From the NCBI GenBank assembly GCA_963976765.1, contig CAXBME010000006.1, positions 186,001 to 250,000 of the forward strand: DNA of 64,000 nucleotides. Direction: 5' to 3'. Below are positions 56,844 to 64,000 of the stretch, one piece after another (the stretch's first letter is position 1; the number at the start of each line of letters is the position of its first letter). Below the pieces are notes generated by a model. That model saw only the letters and a list, made by a program, of their open reading frames with translations. It did not search any database and had not been told where the DNA came from. The translations under genes and the position numbers were made by a program. Origin of the DNA: an uncultured Planctomycetaceae bacterium (GTDB taxonomy: Bacteria; Planctomycetota; Planctomycetia; Planctomycetales; Planctomycetaceae).

Positions 56844-58280
56844 CTACTCAGCAACCTGCTGCATCAGCTTGCGCAGGACAGCTTCGATTTTGTCTGACGC
56901 TTCGATCTCAAGATTGTTCGTGCCCATCCACGTTTCGTAGCCGCCGAGTTCGTGCTGTCGCGGAGTTGGCAAGTAACCGTAGTGGCCGTTGGCCAGTTCC
57001 ATCGTGAAGGACGGTTTGAGTGGGCTTTGCTTTTTGAGCCGCAGACCGATTTCTGTAAAGACTTCGCAAGGGATCGACGTCACGCCGACATCGCCGACAC
57101 GGACTGCCTGGAGAATGATGGCTTCCGTTCCGGGGTGTTCGTGAAGTCCGAGTGTTCGATCGGCGTACGCTTTCGCACGAACGGGCAGATTCGTTTCGTC
57201 GGGTTCGGCAAGAAACTGTCTGGCTCGTGCCACCTGAGCAGGAGTTGGCTTGCGAACGTTCAGCGTCAATTCCTGCTGAGCCATCGCCAGCGGCACCGAC
57301 CGCTTGTACGTCACAGCGGGCATAGCTTCGATGACCCGCCCGACGACGCGTGCGGCGACTTCACGAATTCGCACGAACGGCTTCGCGCTCGGCTGAGGGT
57401 TCGTGAAGTTGATGTTGTTGACGTCGCCGCTGGTTCCGTTCGAAAGGATTCCGACGAACGGCGGCAGAGTGTCTCGCTGCTCATCGGGGAACAGTTTCGC
57501 TTCGAGCTGCTTTGCAAATTCTCCGAAGTAGTCCGACGAGACTCCACCGCCCGGCACGCCGCCGACATAGTGCAGCGAATAGTTGGCCAGCAGAGCGATC
57601 GGGCGTCCTTCGTGAGTCCTCACCGAAAGGAAAACAACTTCCGGATCAACCGGGCCGGCGGGTCGATCAAGCAGGCCTTTGCCACGTGGCGGATTCATCC
57701 GAACGATGTCGGTCGTTTCTCCAAACGGGTTGGGAACAATTCCACCAGCCTTCATAAACCAGCGTCGGTTGTGAACTTCTTCTGGAACCTGACAGGTGCC
57801 CCAGCCAAGTTCTGCCGGTGTAAGGTTGTCCGTCGCCTGCTGAAGTGCCGATACGATTCCCTTCGTCATGTGCTCGACGTAGTGAGCAGGAGCTTCGACG
57901 TTACGACCGTCTTTCACGCGAGGGGCGGAATGAGTGTGCGTGGCTGCAGCCAGAATATGGTCCGCCGAAATTCCGCAGACTTCGGCCGCTCGACGTTTGG
58001 CCTCGTCGAAGAGCGTTCTCGGTACCAGGCAGCTGTCGACCGTGACGAAGGCAAGCCGCGTTTCGCCATTGTCTAAAACCAGTGCCCGAGCGTTGAGCCG
58101 ATCCCAGGCATGTCCGGCCAGTCGGTGACTGAAGGAACCGATCAGCTCGACCGGCCACTGCTGGGGAGTGATGTCCGCCGTGGCCGCGCCGGCGCGGAGA
58201 GCATGTTGATTGTCTGCCGCGACTACCAAAGACCCGATGAGCGATAAGGCAGCCAATGAAAAAATCGTAAGGACGCGCAT
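56844..58280 (-). CDS. Secreted neutral/alkaline ceramidase-like amidohydrolase
   Basis: DITP, ARALVL, ATHTHSAP, NRR, GPVDP, GDVN, ELANG..GYLPT. Confidence 0.82.
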   Translation of the reverse strand: MRVLTIFSLAALSLIGSLVVAADNQHALRAGAATADITPQQWPVELIGSFSHRLAGHAWDRLNARALVLDNGETRLAFVTVDSCLVPRTLFDEAKRRAAEVCGISADHILAAATHTHSAPRVKDGRNVEAPAHYVEHMTKGIVSALQQATDNLTPAELGWGTCQVPEEVHNRRWFMKAGGIVPNPFGETTDIVRMNPPRGKGLLDRPAGPVDPEVVFLSVRTHEGRPIALLANYSLHYVGGVPGGGVSSDYFGEFAKQLEAKLFPDEQRDTLPPFVGILSNGTSGDVNNINFTNPQPSAKPFVRIREVAARVVGRVIEAMPAVTYKRSVPLAMAQQELTLNVRKPTPAQVARARQFLAEPDETNLPVRAKAYADRTLGLHEHPGTEAIILQAVRVGDVGVTSIPCEVFTEIGLRLKKQSPLKPSFTMELANGHYGYLPTPRQHELGGYETWMGTNNLEIEASDKIEAVLRKLMQQVAE

Positions 58281-58397
58281 GATCGTATTCCCGGTCAGTC
58301 TGACGTTGACGGTCAATGAATTAGAAGCATCGTGAATCGGATCAACACATTACGCCTTCGGCGTAGTTTCGGGACTGTTCCTCAGAAATTTTTGTGA

Positions 58398-60581
58398 TCA
58401 GCTCTCGACGCGGCGGTAGAAGTATTTTCGAACCAGCTCCTGCGGCGGAGCCGGGGTTGCCAGCGTGGCGAAGTAAGTCACCGTGAACGAAACGACCAGT
58501 CCGATGATGATCGGGTCGAAATCCAGTAGTCGGTACGGCCGGAAGAACGAGTCGTTGAAGAACGCTCCCATGACGTACATCGCAAAGTGAGCTGAGAAAC
58601 CGGCCAGCATGCCGATCGTGCTGCCCTGAACGTTCGACCTCGGCCAGTACAGCAGAAACACGACCGGAGCGAGGAAGCAGGCCGCCAGACCGCTGCCGAC
58701 ATAAACGATGATGTCCTGCAGAAAGTTCGGCGGGTTGACCGCGACGATCATCGCTCCCGTGCCGACAACCAGCGTGCAGAGATAGCTCAGTTTCTTGATT
58801 GTGCCTTCGCTGGCGTCGGGGCTGATGTTCCGCTGGTAGATGTCTCGAACCATTGCGGACGAGATCATCAACAGAAAGCTGTCGACCGTCGACATGACCG
58901 CCGCAAACGGAGCCGCAATCAACAAGCCGCCAAGCCACGCCGCTCCGATTCCGCTTGTGAGGTAGACGGCAATCTCCGGCATGATGCGGTCGGGCTCGGC
59001 TTCCATCCCCGGCACGAGCACTCGGGCACAGCAGAAAATAAAGACCAGCGGCACATAGATGCAGGTGTAGTAAAGCGCGACGGTAAAGATCGCTCGCCGG
59101 AGAGTCATCGCATCTTTGAACGCCATCAGCCGAACCATGTTACTCGGCTGGCCGGATCCCGAAATCGCCCACATGAAGAAGAACGAAATCGCAACGCTCA
59201 GCGAAAGAAAGCCGACCGAGTCAGTGGCACTTGGACCGGGACCGGAAACGTAAACTCCGGGGGTGTCGGCACCATATTCGTACGACACTGCCTTCGTGGA
59301 GAGGTCTGAGAATACTGCTTCCGGATTAGCCATTTCCGGGTCAACTTCGTCTCGAAGGTGCAGCGATATCTTCAGAATTTCGATTCGGACCGATTTGGCT
59401 TCGCCAGCCGATAATCTTACTTCTTCGACTACTTGCACTATCTCGCCACCAGTATTGCCGGTTGGAAGGAACACTTGAGGTGAGTACGGGGAGATTGTAA
59501 TCGCAGAACTTGTTGAAACAGTTGCTGTCCCGTACCGAATCCCGGGATCAGAGAACCGTGTCACTGCCGCGCCTTCCACGAACTCAGACGGAGTTTCTCC
59601 AGCGAGAATCCTTTCGATCTCTGACGGTGTTGTGATTTCCAGAAGCTCCACACCGTAGACCGTCTTTGTTCCGGGATTGATCGTTTTCGCAGCGGCGACG
59701 CGGAATACCCTTGTTGAATCGCCGTCGCTCATTTTCAGCCAGTCTTCTTTGTCGAGCTGGGCGATTTCTGTCGCCGCCCCTTCAAGCTGTACGACTCCGT
59801 AGCCGCGCATCGGCGGAGTCATCTTTGACATTTCCTGAGTCGCTCGGTCGAGACCCCCGACGGCGTTAAGCGCCAGCGGGAGGAGGATCAGGACTCCGAC
59901 TACCATGACGACGCCCTGCATGACGTCGGTCCAGACGACGGCGTGGAAACCGCCGTAGGTTGTGTAAGCAATCACGGCAACGCCGAAGAACAACAGGCAG
60001 ACGAGGTACTGACTGTCCGAGCCGAAGAAGCCGACTCCGGAAGCCCACTCAGCAACGGAAAGCGAAAAGCTCTTGAAGATGTCGACGTCGTTCAGCAGCA
60101 CTTTCAGAATCAACGCTCCGGCTTTGAACTGAGCGACCAGATTGAACGACATGAAAAAGACGATCAGCACGACGGTCAGCAGCCCGAAGCGGGCGCTGTT
60201 GAAACGGTCTCGCAGAACATCGGGAATGGTGATCGCACCGGAAGCTCGCGCAACCTGGTTGAGCCGTTTTCCAATCAAGCCCATCGTGCAGATCGGCACG
60301 ACCATGTAACTGCCGATCCACAAGGCGAGCACCCAGCCGTGCGTGTAGATCTTGGCGGGGAAGCCGGTGAACGACCCGCCCGACGAACTGGTCGCGGCGA
60401 ACGTCAGCGCGAACGCCCAGACTCCCAGACCACGACTGCCCAGGAAGTATTCGCTCATAAAGCTTTTCGACTTGAGCAGCTGATTCGACAGCGCCGCGAT
60501 TCCGAAAACCGCCAACGTGTAAATCAGAAACGTGATCAACGCGGCGTTCGAGCCGTCAGCCAGCAGGAAGGAAGTGGTCAT
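58398..60581 (-). CDS. Sodium:solute symporter (PanF-like) with a large extramembrane insertion
   Basis: EYFLGSR, ATSSSGGSFTG, GGFHAVVWTDVMQG, AAVMSTVDS. Confidence 0.9.
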   Translation of the reverse strand: MTTSFLLADGSNAALITFLIYTLAVFGIAALSNQLLKSKSFMSEYFLGSRGLGVWAFALTFAATSSSGGSFTGFPAKIYTHGWVLALWIGSYMVVPICTMGLIGKRLNQVARASGAITIPDVLRDRFNSARFGLLTVVLIVFFMSFNLVAQFKAGALILKVLLNDVDIFKSFSLSVAEWASGVGFFGSDSQYLVCLLFFGVAVIAYTTYGGFHAVVWTDVMQGVVMVVGVLILLPLALNAVGGLDRATQEMSKMTPPMRGYGVVQLEGAATEIAQLDKEDWLKMSDGDSTRVFRVAAAKTINPGTKTVYGVELLEITTPSEIERILAGETPSEFVEGAAVTRFSDPGIRYGTATVSTSSAITISPYSPQVFLPTGNTGGEIVQVVEEVRLSAGEAKSVRIEILKISLHLRDEVDPEMANPEAVFSDLSTKAVSYEYGADTPGVYVSGPGPSATDSVGFLSLSVAISFFFMWAISGSGQPSNMVRLMAFKDAMTLRRAIFTVALYYTCIYVPLVFIFCCARVLVPGMEAEPDRIMPEIAVYLTSGIGAAWLGGLLIAAPFAAVMSTVDSFLLMISSAMVRDIYQRNISPDASEGTIKKLSYLCTLVVGTGAMIVAVNPPNFLQDIIVYVGSGLAACFLAPVVFLLYWPRSNVQGSTIGMLAGFSAHFAMYVMGAFFNDSFFRPYRLLDFDPIIIGLVVSFTVTYFATLATPAPPQELVRKYFYRRVES

Positions 60582-60952
60582 CAGACGCCCTCCTTCGTTG
60601 TCGCATTACCTGCTGTTGATTCGTGACCGGCGGCAGTGGCTTCTGCCAGCTCTTCGGGGGCGACACCCAGGTCGTCGTTTTTGATATAGCAGAAGCAGAG
60701 CCACGTTGTGACCACGTCAGCAGCCAGCCACGGACAGACGATACCCCAGAAGATCCAGGTCGGCATTCCAAACACGGTCGGCACGTTTCCGGGGACAACT
60801 TCCTGGCCGTAACCCATCATGTAGGAAACGGGGACGGCCCAGATGAAGCACAGAAACCACAGGCCGAAGATGACAACCGCTTCACGTCGCGAGTTGAGAA
60901 ACACCGGGTCGAGTTCGAATTCGCCCGAACTCGAAGGAGGGGAAGATGCCAT
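60581..60952 (-). CDS. DUF997/YhdT-family small membrane protein, coupled to the symporter
   Basis: SRREA, FGMPTW, KNDDL; its TGA overlaps the symporter ATG, as in yhdT-panF. Confidence 0.85.
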   Translation of the reverse strand: MASSPPSSSGEFELDPVFLNSRREAVVIFGLWFLCFIWAVPVSYMMGYGQEVVPGNVPTVFGMPTWIFWGIVCPWLAADVVTTWLCFCYIKNDDLGVAPEELAEATAAGHESTAGNATTKEGV

Positions 60953-61287
60953 CACGGCTCCTGTTCTACGGTGGGTGGGTTACTTCGGCAATGGTGCATA
61001 GTGAGGTCGGAAATGCGACCAACTGACTGGCGGGCACAAATCCGAGCGAATCAGTGTATCCTTCCATGTAAACGGATCAAAACCAGTCAATGCGACGTCA
61101 GCCTTGCGAAAGCTGCCGGTCAAAGTGGTAAACTGGTGGGACGTGCAAAAACAGCTGCCGATACATACCTGACTGCACGCCCCACCAATCCTGCGATTTC
61201 AGCTGCTCACGTTACTCTCGCGGGTTCATTCAGAGACGTCTGGATGATCGCTCCATAAAATAGTTCCTCCCCGCACGACCCGTCGCC

Positions 61288-64000
61288 ATGACGCAATCCC
61301 ACCTCAAAGTTCGCTGCCCGCATTGCCGCTTCCGCTTTAAAGTTGAGCAGAAGTACGCCGGTCGCGCTGCGCGTTGCCCGAGGGCTGAATGCGGTGGCAA
61401 GTTGAGGATCCCGGAGATCAGGCAGTCGGCTCCTGAATCGGAAGAACTGCCAACTCCAGAATCATCTGCTGAAGCACGAGCGGAAAGCAAAACTAGCAGC
61501 CGTTCGTCAAAGGAAACCCGAAAGGAAATCCGAAGCGTCAACGAGGGACGCCAAAAGTCACCCGCGAGTACAAAAGCAATCCCTGGCTCACGCGCCGGGT
61601 TACCTGGCTCGAAAAAACGAAGACCGAACGACGCTGCCTCGCGAACTCGTAAACCGCAGGGAGCTGATCGCAACACCCGCCAGGCAGGGAATCGTCGCGG
61701 CAGGGCTGCGACGTTGAAGTCGCGTTTTCCTGTCTGGCAACTCGCCACAGGATCGGCCGGACTGTTGCTGGCTGTGCTGGCGATTCTGTTCGCTCCAAAT
61801 GGTGACGCGAACCCTCAGAATGAAGTCATCGCCGGAGTGAAAAACGAGTCTGAAGCGGCTCGCGCGCCGAACGTGTTTCGTGAAAAGTTGCAGCCATTCG
61901 TGAAGCAGTACTGCGCCGACTGTCACAACACTGACGATCCGGAAGCGGGCATCGACTTTGATGTCTTCCCCACCGAAGCGAGCATGTTGACTGGTAAAGG
62001 TCGCAAGTCCTGGGAAAAAATTCTGGGCATGTTGGAAATCGGAGCGATGCCTCCGGCAGATATGGAACAGCCGCCGGAAGAACTTCGAAACGAACTGACC
62101 GCTTGGCTGGAAGACAAGCTCTTCAATCTGGACTGCGAACTTATCGACGACCCTGGCCGAGTGACCGTACGGCGTCTGAACCGCGTCGAGTATCGCAACA
62201 CAATTCGAGATCTGCTGGCTGTCGACTTTGATCCGACTCAGAACTTTCCGTCGGACGACGTCGGCTACGGATTTGACAACATCGGAGACGTGCTGTCGTT
62301 GTCGCCGTTGCTGATGGAAAAATACCTTGACGCCGCCGAGACGATTACCGCCCAGGCGATTCCAGTTGTGACCGCAGACGATCTTCGCACGACGATTGAT
62401 TCTCGACGACTGAAGTCAAAACCGCAGGTTGGACAGCAAGGCGGGTTTATGACCGTCGCCAGCCGAGCCGATATCTGGACGGACTACGATGCTCCGCTGG
62501 ACGGTGAATATGAAATCGATATCCGTGCGAAGGCGAATCAGTTCGGCAAAGAACTTGCGAAGATGGAACTTCGAGTTGACGGCAAGGTGGTGCGCACGTT
62601 CGACGTGAAGGGCGAAATGAAGGCAGACGACTATGTTCACAAAATGCGGTTGAACGCCGGTCAGCACAAAATTCTGGTGACGTTTACCAACGACGAATAC
62701 GTCGCGAAGAAAGGCGACCGAAATCTGTTTGTCGGGCGGTTTGCAATCACGCGACCGGCAAATAAGTCGAAACTGAACAAAGTCATCCAGCATTGGCCAG
62801 GGCAGGGCAAGGGGATTCGTGACGCAGCAACGGCGACCTTGACGCCGCTGATCAAGCGAGCGTTCCGCGGCCCGATCACCGATGACGAAGTCAGCCCGTT
62901 TGTCGACATCGTGGAAATGGCGACAGGCGATGGCGAACTCTTCGAGCAGGGAATTCAGTATGCTCTTCAGGCGGTGCTGGTGTCGCCGAGGTTTCTTTTC
63001 CGCATCGAAACTGACGGTCGCCCCAACGACCCGATGGCCGAGAGACCGGTCACTGACTACGAACTCGCCTCGCGGCTATCGTACTTTCTGTGGAGCAGCA
63101 TGCCGGACGAAGAACTTTCTGGTCTGGCCGAACGTGGCAAACTTCGCGACGCCAATGTGTTGAAGAGTCAGGTCACGCGGATGCTCAATGATTCGAAGTC
63201 GCGAGCACTGGTCGACAACTTTGCGGGGCAGTGGCTGAACCTGGCCATGCTTGACGAGCTGGTTCCCGACCCGAACGTCTTTCCGGATTTCGACTCTGCT
63301 CTTCGAAACGCCATGAAGCAGGAATCTCTGCTGCTTTTCGAAACGGTCATGCGGGAAAACCGCAGCGTGTTGGATTTTCTCGACGCCGATTTCACGTATA
63401 TGAACGGTCGCCTCGCAAAGCATTACGGTCGTGACGGAGTCAAAGGCGATCAGTTTCAGAAGGTCTCACTGGAAAAAGGCCGTCGCGCGGGCATCCTGAC
63501 TCACGCCAGCATTCTGACGCTGACCAGCAACCCGGAACGAACATCACCGGTCAAACGTGGTAAGTGGATCATGGAGAACATCCTGGGGGAAACTCCACCA
63601 CCTCCGCCGCCGGGAGTGCCCGAGCTGGAAGAAACGGCGAAGAACAATCCGAACTTCACGCTGCGTGAGCAACTGAAAATCCACCGAGCCGATCCTGGCT
63701 GCGCCTCGTGCCACAGGACGATGGACGTTCTGGGATTCGGATTCGAGAACTTCGACGCGACTGGCCGCTGGCGAGACAAAGACGGCAACCACGAAATTGA
63801 TCCGGCGGGCGAACTGCCGACCGGCGATTCGTTTTCCAGTCCAACCGAACTCGTCGCGATTCTGAAGAACCGCCAAGTGGATTTTGCCCGTTGCCTGTCG
63901 GAAAAAATGCTGACCTACGCACTGGGGAGGGGTCTTGAGTATTATGACCGCTGTGCGACCGACGAAATTCTTCAGCGACTCAGTGCTAACAACTATCACT
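61288..64000 (+). CDS. DUF1587/1595/1592/1588/1585-type planctomycete cytochrome c protein with N-terminal Zn ribbon and TM (runs off the window edge)
   Basis: Not in ORF track. Frame from ATG 61288 gives CPHC..CPRAEC, TM, YCADCH, MPP, RRLNRVEY, GYGFDN, ELASRLSYFLW, TSPVKRGKW, CASCH, TYALGRG. Confidence 0.92.
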   Translation, partial: MTQSHLKVRCPHCRFRFKVEQKYAGRAARCPRAECGGKLRIPEIRQSAPESEELPTPESSAEARAESKTSSRSSKETRKEIRSVNEGRQKSPASTKAIPGSRAGLPGSKKRRPNDAASRTRKPQGADRNTRQAGNRRGRAATLKSRFPVWQLATGSAGLLLAVLAILFAPNGDANPQNEVIAGVKNESEAARAPNVFREKLQPFVKQYCADCHNTDDPEAGIDFDVFPTEASMLTGKGRKSWEKILGMLEIGAMPPADMEQPPEELRNELTAWLEDKLFNLDCELIDDPGRVTVRRLNRVEYRNTIRDLLAVDFDPTQNFPSDDVGYGFDNIGDVLSLSPLLMEKYLDAAETITAQAIPVVTADDLRTTIDSRRLKSKPQVGQQGGFMTVASRADIWTDYDAPLDGEYEIDIRAKANQFGKELAKMELRVDGKVVRTFDVKGEMKADDYVHKMRLNAGQHKILVTFTNDEYVAKKGDRNLFVGRFAITRPANKSKLNKVIQHWPGQGKGIRDAATATLTPLIKRAFRGPITDDEVSPFVDIVEMATGDGELFEQGIQYALQAVLVSPRFLFRIETDGRPNDPMAERPVTDYELASRLSYFLWSSMPDEELSGLAERGKLRDANVLKSQVTRMLNDSKSRALVDNFAGQWLNLAMLDELVPDPNVFPDFDSALRNAMKQESLLLFETVMRENRSVLDFLDADFTYMNGRLAKHYGRDGVKGDQFQKVSLEKGRRAGILTHASILTLTSNPERTSPVKRGKWIMENILGETPPPPPPGVPELEETAKNNPNFTLREQLKIHRADPGCASCHRTMDVLGFGFENFDATGRWRDKDGNHEIDPAGELPTGDSFSSPTELVAILKNRQVDFARCLSEKMLTYALGRGLEYYDRCATDEILQRLSANNYH

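Overview
Chromosomal segment of a planctomycete, judged from the PVC small basic protein, DUF1559, DUF1501, DUF1592-type cytochrome, YTV repeats, PVC-type heme protein and archaeal-type fhcD/ftr. It holds about 46 CDS and two decayed genes (TraR/DksA and Uma2). I saw no rRNA, tRNA, CRISPR array, transposase or prophage. Two real genes cut by the window edges are missing from the ORF track: fhcD (1-400, minus) and a DUF1592-family cytochrome (61288 to the end, plus). Most interesting: (1) a 7.5-kb locus with a CdaA-CdaR fused diadenylate cyclase directly behind mgtE, plus corA, a stand-alone CBS protein with an inserted DxNxDG loop, a ligand-less hemerythrin-like protein, a dead TraR/DksA gene and a PP2C, which is a candidate c-di-AMP/Mg2+ module; (2) a pseudo-receiver plus KaiA/RsbU-N-like helical protein upstream of fliD; (3) a mirror-symmetric 16-aa-periodic Cys-rich YTV protein; (4) membrane proteins with grafted domains (SSS transporter, MFS, DUF1559 partner, Zn-ribbon-anchored cytochrome). 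All family calls come from motif recognition by eye, not database searches.
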